Positions 12,786 to 20,660 of a stretch of 42,665 bases of DNA are shown here, in pieces. Source of the stretch: a virus; the IMG/VR virus record IMGVR_UViG_3300047441_000014, positions 1-42,665 of that record; one strand, 5' to 3'. Positions within the stretch are counted from its first letter, which is position 1. The number at the start of each line of letters is the position of its first letter. The translations under genes were made by a program, and so were the position numbers. Below the pieces are notes generated by a model. It saw only the letters and a list, made by a program, of their open reading frames with translations, ran no database searches and was not told where the DNA came from.

Positions 12786-15041
12786 ATGGCGGGCGAACTG
12801 GCGGCCGGGCTTAGGGCTGGCCGCGCCTTCGTCGACATCCTGCCGCGCCTCGCCCCCGGGGCGGCGGCCGCCACCGAGGCGCAGCTCGGCGGCATGTTCT
12901 CCGGGCTCGGGGGCAAGGCCAAGTTGGCTGGCGCCGCCATCGGCGTGGGACTCGCGGCCGGCGCCATCGGGATCGGGGTGGCCGCCTTCAAGATCGGCGA
13001 GAGCTTCGACTCGGCCTTCGACACGATCCGCATCGGCACCGGCAAGACGGGCGCCGCCCTCGATGGCCTACAGGGCTCGTTCAAGAACGTGCTCCGCGCC
13101 GTGCCCGACGACATGGGCCGGGTGTCGACCGCGATCAGTGAGCTGAACCAACGCACCGGCCTGACCGGCCCCGCCCTCGAAGGCCTGTCCACGCAGGTGC
13201 TCACCCTCTCCCGCCTGACCGGCGACGACCTGAGCACGACCATCGAGAAGTCGACCCGTCTCTTCGGCGACTGGGGTATCTCCGTCGACAAGCAGGCGGG
13301 GACGCTCGACTACCTCTTCCGGGTGAGCCAGGCGACCGGCATCGGCGTCGACGACCTGTCGGGCAAGCTGGTGCAGTTCGGCGCCCCCTTGCGCGAACTC
13401 GGCTTCTCGATGGAGCAGAGCGCCGGCCTGCTCGGCAAGTTCGAAGAGGAGGGCGTGAACAGTGAACTGGTGATGGGCTCACTGCGCATCGCGCTGGGCA
13501 AGATGGCCAAGGCGGGGGAGCCGGCTGTCGAGACGCTGGCCCGCACGGTCGACGAGATCAAGAACGCTGGGTCGGCCAGCGAGGCCAACGCGATAGCACT
13601 CGAACTCTTCGGCGCCCGGGCCGGGCCCGATATGGCCGCAGCCATCCGCGAGGGCCGCTTCGAGGTGTCCGACCTGGTCGACACGCTCTCTTCCGGCGGC
13701 GACACTATCATGGGCGTGGCCGGTCAGACCGACGACGTGGCCGAGTCGTTCAAGCGGCTCAAGAACATCCTTCTGGTGGCGGTCGAGCCCATCGCGACCA
13801 AGGTGTTCGACGCCTTCGGCAAGCTGGCCGGGATCGCCACCCAGGTCATCTCGGTCCTCTTCGCAGGGGACTTCACCGGCGGCCCCTTCCAAGAGGACTC
13901 GCCCTTCATCGCCGGGGTGTTCAAGGTCCGCGACGTCTTCCTGAATGACATCCTGCCCGTGCTCAAGCGGGTCGGTGAGTTCCTGTCCGCCAACCTCAAG
14001 CCGATCCTTATCGGGCTCGGCGCAGCCTTCCTGGCCATCACCTCGCCGGTGTCCCTGGTGGTAGCGGTCCTCGTGTGGCTCTACGCCCACTTTGAGGGGA
14101 TCCGTGATGTCGTCAACGCCGTCGTCGGGTTCCTGCTGACCGTGGTGGTTCCGGCCATCATCGCCTTCGCCGGATACGTCGCCGAGCAGTTCGGCCACCT
14201 CGTCGAGTGGGTGCGGGAACACTGGGATGCCATCTCCGAGGCGATAGGCCATGTGGTCGCCGTTATCTCGGCGATCATCTCAGCCTTTGTCGAGGTAGTG
14301 ATGTTTATATGGGACCACTTTGGTCAGACGATTCTTTCGGTGATACGGGCCGTGTGGGAGAACATCATCGCAGTTATCCGATTCGCTGTAGACCTGGTGT
14401 CCGGGATAATCAAGTTTGTGCTCGCGATCATCAATGGGGACTGGGGAGCGGCATGGGACGCTATAGTCGGCATCCTTAGAGGGGCGTGGGAGCTAGTTAA
14501 AACGGTTTTGGGGAATGCCCTCGAAATCGTAAAGTCCTTGGTAAGCGACGCATTTAACGGAGTGAAGAACTTTATCTCCGGTGCCCTCGACGACATCGTA
14601 GGGTTTTTCACCGGGCTTCCGGGCCGGCTGCGTGACGTAGCTGGTGACGTGTTCGGGTTCTTGAAAGAGGCGTTTCGCAAGGCCGTCAACTTCATCATCC
14701 GCGGGTGGAACGCTCTCCAGTTCAAGATCCCCGGCTTCGACCCGCCGGGACCCGGCCCCAAGTTCGGCGGCTTCACCCTCGGGCTGCCCCACATCGACGA
14801 GCTCGCGCTCGGCGGCGACATCACCCGGGCGGGCCTGGCCATCGTCGGTGAGAAGGGGCCCGAGCTGGTCGACCTCGACGCCGGGGCCCGGGTGCTCCCG
14901 CTCGACGTTGCCGCCATGCTGGCCAAGGCCGCCGGCAGTGGAGGCGACGGCCGCAAGTACGAGGTCCACAACACCTTCGAGAGGGCGGGCGAAGTAGACC
15001 CTCTCCTGCTCGCTCGCCAGCTCGCGTGGGTGCTCCCGTAG
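12786..15041 (+). CDS. Tape measure protein
   Basis: 751 aa, directly after the chaperones. Ala/Gly-rich helical N-terminus, a hydrophobic W/I/V-rich repeat region (…WDAISEAIGHVVAVISAIISAF…) and a C-terminal GFDPPGPGPKFGGFTLGLPH segment. Confidence 0.9.
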   Translation: MAGELAAGLRAGRAFVDILPRLAPGAAAATEAQLGGMFSGLGGKAKLAGAAIGVGLAAGAIGIGVAAFKIGESFDSAFDTIRIGTGKTGAALDGLQGSFKNVLRAVPDDMGRVSTAISELNQRTGLTGPALEGLSTQVLTLSRLTGDDLSTTIEKSTRLFGDWGISVDKQAGTLDYLFRVSQATGIGVDDLSGKLVQFGAPLRELGFSMEQSAGLLGKFEEEGVNSELVMGSLRIALGKMAKAGEPAVETLARTVDEIKNAGSASEANAIALELFGARAGPDMAAAIREGRFEVSDLVDTLSSGGDTIMGVAGQTDDVAESFKRLKNILLVAVEPIATKVFDAFGKLAGIATQVISVLFAGDFTGGPFQEDSPFIAGVFKVRDVFLNDILPVLKRVGEFLSANLKPILIGLGAAFLAITSPVSLVVAVLVWLYAHFEGIRDVVNAVVGFLLTVVVPAIIAFAGYVAEQFGHLVEWVREHWDAISEAIGHVVAVISAIISAFVEVVMFIWDHFGQTILSVIRAVWENIIAVIRFAVDLVSGIIKFVLAIINGDWGAAWDAIVGILRGAWELVKTVLGNALEIVKSLVSDAFNGVKNFISGALDDIVGFFTGLPGRLRDVAGDVFGFLKEAFRKAVNFIIRGWNALQFKIPGFDPPGPGPKFGGFTLGLPHIDELALGGDITRAGLAIVGEKGPELVDLDAGARVLPLDVAAMLAKAAGSGGDGRKYEVHNTFERAGEVDPLLLARQLAWVLP

Positions 15042-15845
15042 ATGGCCGCTCCGCTCGTCGTCACGCTCGGGGGGATCACCTTCAACAACGACGCGGCCGA
15101 CACCAACGGCGCCTACTGGTACTGCGGCGAGATCGACGGGTGGGACTCGCCCGCCATGCGGATCAGCCAGCTGGAGCCCACCGGCTACCACGGCGTCGTC
15201 ATCGGCGAGATGCTCTACGGCCCCCGGGCGCTCGTCCTCGGCGGCCCCTCGGGGTCAGCGGGCGAGGGCTCGTGCGTGCTCGGGACCGTGTCGGCGGCGA
15301 ACTACTGGGCCAGCTACTACCGGCTCATGGCGGCTACGCAGACCGTCCCCCTCCTCGGCGCCCGCCCCGCCACCATCGCCCTGGCCGTGGCCGAGCCCAC
15401 GCCCAAGCAGGCGAACGTGCTGCGCGCCGGCCCCGTCCGCATCCGCGAGTTTCGCGGCGCCATCGGGTTCAACTTCGAAGTGCCCCTCATCGCCGCCGAC
15501 CCGCGGAAGCACGCGTTGACGGCCAGCACCTTGGCCGGCGCCGCAGGGTCGGCCGTCAACGGCGGCATCGTCGAGGTCTGGCCGACCCTGACCGTCGTGG
15601 GGCCTGGATCGGCCGACGTGATCGTGACGAACACCACCACCGGCAAGCTCGTGCGGATCCCCGTCACCCTCTCGGGCGGGCAGACCCTCGTGGTCGACTT
15701 CGAGCAGGCCACGGCCACCGTCAACGGCACGCCGGTGGCCGTGCACTCCTCGACGCGCTGGTGGACCCTCCCGCCGGGGACCAGCACGATCACCTACTCC
15801 GGCGGCGGGACGGCGGTCCTGTCGTGGCGCAACGGCTGGGTGTGA
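15042..15845 (+). CDS. Distal tail protein (Dit-like minor tail protein)
   Basis: ATG abuts the tape-measure stop. 267 aa. N-terminus LGGITFNNDA...YWYCGEIDGWDSPAMR is typical of the siphovirus phage-tail-family (Dit). Confidence 0.7.
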   Translation: MAAPLVVTLGGITFNNDAADTNGAYWYCGEIDGWDSPAMRISQLEPTGYHGVVIGEMLYGPRALVLGGPSGSAGEGSCVLGTVSAANYWASYYRLMAATQTVPLLGARPATIALAVAEPTPKQANVLRAGPVRIREFRGAIGFNFEVPLIAADPRKHALTASTLAGAAGSAVNGGIVEVWPTLTVVGPGSADVIVTNTTTGKLVRIPVTLSGGQTLVVDFEQATATVNGTPVAVHSSTRWWTLPPGTSTITYSGGGTAVLSWRNGWV

Positions 15846-15846
15846 C

Positions 15847-17400
15847 GTGAAGACGAGACTGGTGGTCGTCGACTTCGACGGCGGCAACCCGGTAGAGCTT
15901 CCCCGCTACCGGGTCACGAACATCCGGTGGAGGTTGAACGCGGCCGAAGCCTGGACCTTCACCATCAACCCGAGGGATCCGAAGGTGGCCGAGATCCCCC
16001 TCGGGCCTCGGGCTCTACGTCAGGTGCAGCTTTGGGTGGACGACCGGTGCGTCGGGTGGGGACACCCGTGGCGCCGGGATCGCACGACCGTGCAGTGCCT
16101 GGGCGACCTGGAGCACTTCAACCACCGCTTCCTCGGGCCGGTCTTCTCGTTCATCGACTCCTACGACGGCTCCTTCGAGCTGAGTCCGGGGCCCCTTCCG
16201 ACGGGGTGGGTCGACGGCGGGCTCGACAACCGAGGGATCACGGCCGACTTCGGGCTGTCCGGCAACCACGCATTCGTGGCCGGGTGCGCCATCACCCCCG
16301 CGGCCGACCAGTGGATCGCCCCCTTCTTCCACATCGACCGCTCCTACCCCTTCCGGCTGTCCGTCGTGGCCTACTACCACATCGGGTGGAACACGGGCTA
16401 CGGCGAGACGCACAAGGACCGGGGCGTCTACCTGGTGCTCCACGACTACGCCACCGGAGACGTGCTGGATCAGACGAACGGCGCCCTCGACCTCAAGGAG
16501 GAGCCCCTCGGGGTCTGGCGACGCACGGAGGCGAGCATCAACATCCCCGCCGGGGAGTTCGAGCTCGAGGTCCGCCTCTACGGGCCCGCTGGCGCGACGC
16601 TGCATTGGGATCAGGTCGACGTCGTGCTCGAGCAACGGACGCACTCCACCGAGGACGAGGACGCGTCGGCCCTGATCCGCCGGCTCGTCGACTACTGCGT
16701 GGGCAATGCCCTGGGCGGCGGCCCCTCGGGCCGGGACAGCGACTACGTCCTGAAGGGCGACCTCGTCATCTATTGGGACCCGGCCAACTCGACCAGCGTC
16801 GGACGGATCGGGGCCCGCTCGTACGACCACGGCGACGGCGCCAGCTTCTGGTCCTGCCTCAAGGAGTTCTTCGAGCGCGACCTGTGCGACTTCGAGATCA
16901 CCTACAACGCCGGGGGCACACAGAAGAAGTTCAGCCTCTTCGCTCCCCGCAAGGGCACCCCCCGCCCGACGTGGACCTTCACGAAGGATGCCGGCGCGGG
17001 CAACATCGTCGACTACGACTACCTCGTCGACGGCATGCAGGTAGCCACGCAGCCCCGGGTCCGGGGCCGGGGCAAGGGTGGAGCGGAGAACGGCCTGGCT
17101 CCGTGGGACAGTGGCGACGGCAACTACGTCGAGGCGATGATCTCGCCCACCGGGGACGAGGACATCAACGCCCTCAATGGCCTGGCCGCGGCCGAGAAGG
17201 CCCGCCGGGGCGACGGTGTGCAGATCACGTGGATCGAGGTACGGGGAGCGACCGCCCTGCTGGCCGCCGGGCTCACCACCGGCGACACCATCGCCCTGCG
17301 CATCGTCGACGACTGGATCGACGTGGCCGCCACCTTCCGTGTGGTCGAGATCGAGGTCGCCAACCCGGACGCCGACACCATGAAGCTCACCCTCAACTAG
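15847..17400 (+). CDS. Tal-like minor tail protein with central jelly-roll/CBM-like insertion
   Basis: GTG 15847. 517 aa. The position after Dit and the N-terminus VVDFDGGNPVELPRYRVTNIRWRLN fit the tail-tip (prophage tail endopeptidase-like) family. Confidence 0.6.
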   Translation: MKTRLVVVDFDGGNPVELPRYRVTNIRWRLNAAEAWTFTINPRDPKVAEIPLGPRALRQVQLWVDDRCVGWGHPWRRDRTTVQCLGDLEHFNHRFLGPVFSFIDSYDGSFELSPGPLPTGWVDGGLDNRGITADFGLSGNHAFVAGCAITPAADQWIAPFFHIDRSYPFRLSVVAYYHIGWNTGYGETHKDRGVYLVLHDYATGDVLDQTNGALDLKEEPLGVWRRTEASINIPAGEFELEVRLYGPAGATLHWDQVDVVLEQRTHSTEDEDASALIRRLVDYCVGNALGGGPSGRDSDYVLKGDLVIYWDPANSTSVGRIGARSYDHGDGASFWSCLKEFFERDLCDFEITYNAGGTQKKFSLFAPRKGTPRPTWTFTKDAGAGNIVDYDYLVDGMQVATQPRVRGRGKGGAENGLAPWDSGDGNYVEAMISPTGDEDINALNGLAAAEKARRGDGVQITWIEVRGATALLAAGLTTGDTIALRIVDDWIDVAATFRVVEIEVANPDADTMKLTLN

Positions 17401-17919
17401 ATGGCCGACAACTCTCTACCGCCGATCCAGTCCCGCGACCTCGAGGCCCTCGACCGTCGGCTGAAGCAGCTCGAACGGAGGCCGCGGTCGGGCGAGTCGT
17501 CGTCGGTCGAAGTGCCACTCGGCGGGGTCCTCCTCTGGCTCGACGACACGGCCCCGGGCGGGTTCCTGATCCTCGATGGCGGGTCACTGGTCGGATACCC
17601 CCGGCTGGCGCAGTGGTTCGGCGACCGGGGGATGTCGACGACGGTCCTACCCGACTGGCGGGGCCGCATGCCGATCGGGGCCGATGGGACGTTCGGGCTC
17701 GGCTCCACCGGCGGGGCCGCCGACGGCCACCACCACGCCATCCCCACGGGCGCCAACGTGGTCACCGACGGAGCGGGCGGGCCCGGGGCGGACATCACCA
17801 CCGGCGGGGCGGGCTACGTCCTGCAATCCACGGTCGGCACAGGCTCGGCCGACGGCGACGCGGCAGGGTCGAACATGGGGCCTTGGGTCGGCGTGAACTG
17901 GATCATCCGCCACGACTGA
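17401..17919 (+). CDS. Tail fibre protein with phage Tail Collar domain
   Basis: PLGGVLLWLDDTAPGGFLILDGGSLVGYPRLAQWFG...VLPDWRGRMPIGAD and the C-terminal GPWVGVNWIIR fit the collar-domain consensus (G.i...aP.GWl.cdG..l....yp.L...LPDlRGR). Confidence 0.75.
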   Translation: MADNSLPPIQSRDLEALDRRLKQLERRPRSGESSSVEVPLGGVLLWLDDTAPGGFLILDGGSLVGYPRLAQWFGDRGMSTTVLPDWRGRMPIGADGTFGLGSTGGAADGHHHAIPTGANVVTDGAGGPGADITTGGAGYVLQSTVGTGSADGDAAGSNMGPWVGVNWIIRHD

Positions 17920-17941
17920 CCGAGGCTCTACGCTTGGACCC

Positions 17942-18067
17942 GTGGCCTACCTCCTGCCCATGACCTTCGCTGTCTTCGCCGACGAGGACGCGACCGCCGC
18001 CCCCGACGACGAGGACGAGGCGCCCGTCGTCTTCCCCGTGCCGACCCCGCCACCTCCCCGCCGATGA
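17942..18067 (+). pseudogene. Relic of a tail-tube gene 3' end (about 45 bp similar to 9181-9228) in the tail/lysis intergenic gap
   Basis: 17950-17994 (CCTCCTGCCCATGACCTTCGCTGTCTTCGCCGACGAGGACGCGAC) aligns with 9181-9228 (CCTCCTGCCCATGACCTTCGTCGTCTTCGCCGCCGACGAGGATGCGGA). In frame it reads LLPMTFAVFADEDA versus LLPMTFVVFAADEDA. No RBS; the rest is low-complexity. Confidence 0.6.
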
Positions 18068-18104
18068 TCATCTCCCGGGACGTCCGCACCGAAGGAGTCG
18101 CACC

Positions 18105-18686
18105 GTGAACATCGCCAACATCCGGGGCGGGTTCGTTGTTCTGCCCCACGTCCAGGCCTTCGCTGACGCAGTCGAGGAGGCAACCGGGGCCGACTCATTC
18201 GGCACCTACGCCGGGCATGACCCCACGCCTGAGCGGGCCCTCGACATCTTCGTGCCGACGACCAGTCAAGAGCTGGGCGACGCCATCGCAGCGTTCGCCA
18301 TCGCCAACCTCGACCGCTTCGGGATCTGGTACCTGATCTACCGCCAGCGCATCTACAACCCGAGCATCGTTGACCACTGGCGGGATATGGCCGATCGAGG
18401 CAGCCTGACGCAAAACCATTTCGACCACGTCCACGTCAGCTTCAACGAGGCCGTGGCGTCCAACGTGGCGGACGACCAAGAGAACCTGACGAGAGGAACC
18501 AACGTGGACCACCTGCGCATCTACGCACTCCCCAACGGCAACGGTTGGCTCACCGACGGCATCTGCCGCTGGCGGATCCCCGGCCCGGCCGAGTACGCGA
18601 TCCTCACGAATCCGAAGATCAACATCAAGCGCGAGGACTCGTGGGCGGGCCTGCACGACCGGCTCCGCGACGTCACTGAGTTGTGA
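18105..18686 (+). CDS. Putative endolysin catalytic subunit (LAS/M15-like Zn-peptidase signature)
   Basis: GTG 18105 preceded by GAAGGAG. AGHDPTPERALD (H..D) plus NHFDHVHVS (HxH) resemble LAS metallopeptidase ligands. First gene of the lysis cassette. Fold assignment is unverified. Confidence 0.5.
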   Translation: MNIANIRGGFVVLPHVQAFADAVEEATGADSFGTYAGHDPTPERALDIFVPTTSQELGDAIAAFAIANLDRFGIWYLIYRQRIYNPSIVDHWRDMADRGSLTQNHFDHVHVSFNEAVASNVADDQENLTRGTNVDHLRIYALPNGNGWLTDGICRWRIPGPAEYAILTNPKINIKREDSWAGLHDRLRDVTEL

Positions 18687-18901
18687 ACGGCTACCCCGGG
18701 CACCTCCACTACCAGTACTCCGAGTACATGGACCACGTGCTCTCGATCCAGTCGGTGCTCCGCAACGTGTGGGGCTACCTCTTCCTCGTGGTCGACGGCG
18801 TCTTCGGCCCGAACACCGCCTATGCCGTGAGGGAGCACCAGCGGCGCAAGGGACTGGCTCAGGACGGTGTCGTAGGTCCGGCCACGTGGGCGGCGCTGTG
18901 A
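18683..18901 (+). CDS. Stand-alone peptidoglycan-binding domain protein (PG_binding_1-like)
   Basis: GTG 18683 in a GTGA overlap with the peptidase ORF. SIQSVLRNVWGY...VDGVFGPNTAYAVREHQRRKGLAQDGVVGPATWAAL matches the PG_binding_1 consensus. Confidence 0.7.
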   Translation: MNGYPGHLHYQYSEYMDHVLSIQSVLRNVWGYLFLVVDGVFGPNTAYAVREHQRRKGLAQDGVVGPATWAAL

Positions 18902-18944
18902 CCATCGGCGTCCTGGGGGGCGACCTGAGAACCAGGGAACCTCT

Positions 18945-19472
18945 GTGGACTACGTCGAGCCCTTCCATCCGTCGCACCGCCTAGTTTGGTGCGGCCGGCT
19001 GCTGCTGGTGGTGTGCGGGATCAGCGGGCTCATCCTGGGCCTGCGCCCCGAGGAGCATGTGCCCGTGCCACCGACGACCACCACCCTGACCACGGAGGCG
19101 CCGGTGTTGCGACTGACCTCGACCGGCTACGGCCCCGTGACGATCGGCATGGCCTGGTCCTGGGCGACGCTGGCAGGCATGGAGGTTGTGCAGGACGCCG
19201 CCGGCTGCCAGATCGGCCGGTTCTTCGACCTGACCGTGTACGGCAAGGATGGGACGGTGACGGCGCTCATCGCCCAGGACGAGGGCGTTCGCACCCTTCG
19301 GGGCATCGGTGTGGGCTCATCCCGGTTCGAGGTCGCATCCCTCTACCCGACGGCGACGGGCGAGGGCGACCGGCTCACGGTGATGGAGGGGCAACACCGC
19401 CTCGTGTTCGGGTTCCGAGATGACCTCGTCGTGTATATCTCGGCAGAGGGGATCGACGGTGCCGGGTGTTGA
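18945..19472 (+). CDS. Membrane-anchored protein (N-terminal TM, Thr/Pro linker, globular C-domain)
   Basis: GTG start. WCGRLLLVVCGISGLILGL hydrophobic segment followed by PVPPTTTTLTTEAP. Confidence 0.55.
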   Translation: MDYVEPFHPSHRLVWCGRLLLVVCGISGLILGLRPEEHVPVPPTTTTLTTEAPVLRLTSTGYGPVTIGMAWSWATLAGMEVVQDAAGCQIGRFFDLTVYGKDGTVTALIAQDEGVRTLRGIGVGSSRFEVASLYPTATGEGDRLTVMEGQHRLVFGFRDDLVVYISAEGIDGAGC

Positions 19473-19711
19473 GCCCGTTGGCGCTGCTCTTCGTGTTCTC
19501 CGGAGGGCTCGGCGCGGGGCTGCTGGCCATCGCCTTCCGATGGAAGCCCAAGTGGACGCGAGACGGCGTGATCTTCGCCATATCGGTGGCCACCCTCATC
19601 CGTGGGCTGGTCGACTCCGACCCCGCCCTGATCTATGCCGGGATCGCCATCACCGGTTCGGTGCCGCTCATCCGTGGGACGGTAGACAAGGTGAAGGACT
19701 CCACGTCGTGA
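19466..19711 (+). CDS. Holin-like membrane protein (2-3 TM segments)
   Basis: 81 aa. Hydrophobic stretches LALLFVFSGGLGAGLLAIAF, VIFAISVATLIRGLV and LIYAGIAITGSVPLI. Charged C-terminus. In the lysis cassette. Confidence 0.55.
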   Translation: MLSPLALLFVFSGGLGAGLLAIAFRWKPKWTRDGVIFAISVATLIRGLVDSDPALIYAGIAITGSVPLIRGTVDKVKDSTS

Positions 19712-19797
19712 CCTTGCGCCGATGGACGCCGGTCGCGCTCTATGCCGTGTCCAACGCCGTGGTCGTTCTGCTGTTGCGCCGAGTGTTGGGAGGCTGA
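19708..19797 (+). CDS. Very small single-TM peptide (29 aa), hypothetical
   Basis: GTG 19708 in a GTGA overlap. VTLRRWTPVALYAVSNAVVVLLLRRVLGG. Fills the gap exactly up to the next gene. Confidence 0.35.
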   Translation: MTLRRWTPVALYAVSNAVVVLLLRRVLGG

Positions 19798-19800
19798 GGA

Positions 19801-20145
19801 ATGTCGAGATACGACCGGCCGGTGACGGTGACGGTGCGCATGGTCCTGCTCGTCATGGTGGCGTGGCTGATCGTCGTGTCGGGGTCGGTGGCCGGGTTCG
19901 TCGGCCTCACCAGGATCGCCCAACAGAACCGGGCCAACGGGGCGCTGCTCATCGACTGCACCACGCCGTCGACCCCCGACAAGACCCACGTGTGCTGGGA
20001 CCGGCTCCGCGCCGGCGACTCGGGTACGTCCGACGCCGTCCGTCGGCTGTACTGCATCCCCCTGGTGCTGGCTGGCTACCGGCCCGCCGGTGAGCCGCTC
20101 GACTGCTCCGACGTCGCCGCCCTCATCGAGACGTTGCCCCGATGA
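19801..20145 (+). CDS. Membrane-anchored Cys-containing protein
   Basis: 114 aa. N-terminal TM MVLLVMVAWLIVVSGSVAGFVGL. Four Cys in the predicted extracytoplasmic part. Confidence 0.55.
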   Translation: MSRYDRPVTVTVRMVLLVMVAWLIVVSGSVAGFVGLTRIAQQNRANGALLIDCTTPSTPDKTHVCWDRLRAGDSGTSDAVRRLYCIPLVLAGYRPAGEPLDCSDVAALIETLPR

Positions 20146-20375
20146 TCACCCGGGGCCGGGAGTGGCTGGCGGCCCACGGGTCGAACTACGCGAAGGCGTG
20201 GCTGCCCATCGGCGCCGCCGTCTACCACGTGTACACGGCTTGGCAGCCCCACGGCGCGGTCGACGGGTCCGTCTGGCGTGGGGCCCTCGGCTACGTGCTC
20301 CTGGGCTACGGGGTGGCCCTGGTGCCCAACACGCCGCAGGCCCGGGCGATGGTCGAGCGACCCAAGGGGCTCTAG
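20142..20375 (+). CDS. Small membrane protein (2 TM)
   Basis: ATG in an ATGA overlap. AWLPIGAAVYHVYTAW and ALGYVLLGYGVALVP. Last gene of the late operon. Confidence 0.5.
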   Translation: MITRGREWLAAHGSNYAKAWLPIGAAVYHVYTAWQPHGAVDGSVWRGALGYVLLGYGVALVPNTPQARAMVERPKGL

Positions 20376-20578
20376 CCTCCGGTCAGGCGGCGGCCCATCT
20401 CGTTGTATCGCAACCACAAGGCGTCCCTCTCGGGCTCCTTCGCTGGTCGGGGCGCAGCTATGAACCCCGACCGCTTCCGCTTCCTGTAGTCCGCCTGGTA
20501 GGCGGCGCGGGCAGTCCGGCATCCGTCACAGGCCTTCTCGGAGTACGTGTGGCGGTCGCAGGTCTGACGCGGGATCAT
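20372..20578 (-). CDS. Small basic Cys/His-rich protein, putative zinc-binding DNA-binding regulator
   Basis: Minus strand. ATG at 20578 gives MIPRQTCDRHTYSEKACDGCRTARAAYQADYRKRKR... (68 aa). The C-x2-H...C-x2-C-x3-A-x3-Y motif recurs in small actinophage proteins. The longer 20704 start would run across the A/T-rich promoter region. Confidence 0.55.
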   Translation of the reverse strand: MIPRQTCDRHTYSEKACDGCRTARAAYQADYRKRKRSGFIAAPRPAKEPERDALWLRYNEMGRRLTGG

Positions 20579-20621
20579 GGCGACGGACGGTAGTGCCCCC
20601 GGCAGAAATTGTAAATGCCGC

Positions 20622-20651
20622 TTGCAACCCGCCCGAGGGTGGGTGCATACT
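20622..20651 (+). promoter_or_regulatory. Candidate early promoter: TTGCAA (20622-27), 18-nt spacer, CATACT (20646-51)
   Basis: Lies in the only A/T-enriched gap between the divergent genes. The predicted start site is a few nt before GTG 20661 (near-leaderless). A TACAAT on the minus strand (20608-13) may serve the divergent gene. Confidence 0.4.
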
Positions 20652-20660
20652 CCCCCTTGC

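Noticed and set aside
12786-15041. Embedded lytic or Rpf-like motif in the tape measure, as seen in some mycobacteriophages
   Set aside because: I could not recognise any peptidase, transglycosylase or Rpf-type motif by eye. Only the generic helical/hydrophobic repeats are visible.
15927-17963. 678-aa + strand alternative-frame ORF, and other off-frame + ORFs (4308-5477, 34653-36299, 8971 upstream extension, 1378 upstream extension, 23130 upstream extension, 39586-40083)
   Set aside because: The translations are dominated by Arg/Pro/Gly (RRRR, PRR runs) and overlap frames that encode recognisable protein families. For the long upstream extensions, the real starts are internal ATG/GTG codons that overlap the preceding stop.
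20577-20660. ATG 20577 as the start of the HTH gene (ORF-track start)
   Set aside because: It would overlap the divergent gene's start codon and translate the A/T-rich promoter-like gap into a Cys/Arg-rich leader (MATDGSAPGRNCKCRLQPARGW). GTG 20661 is preferred but remains unproven.
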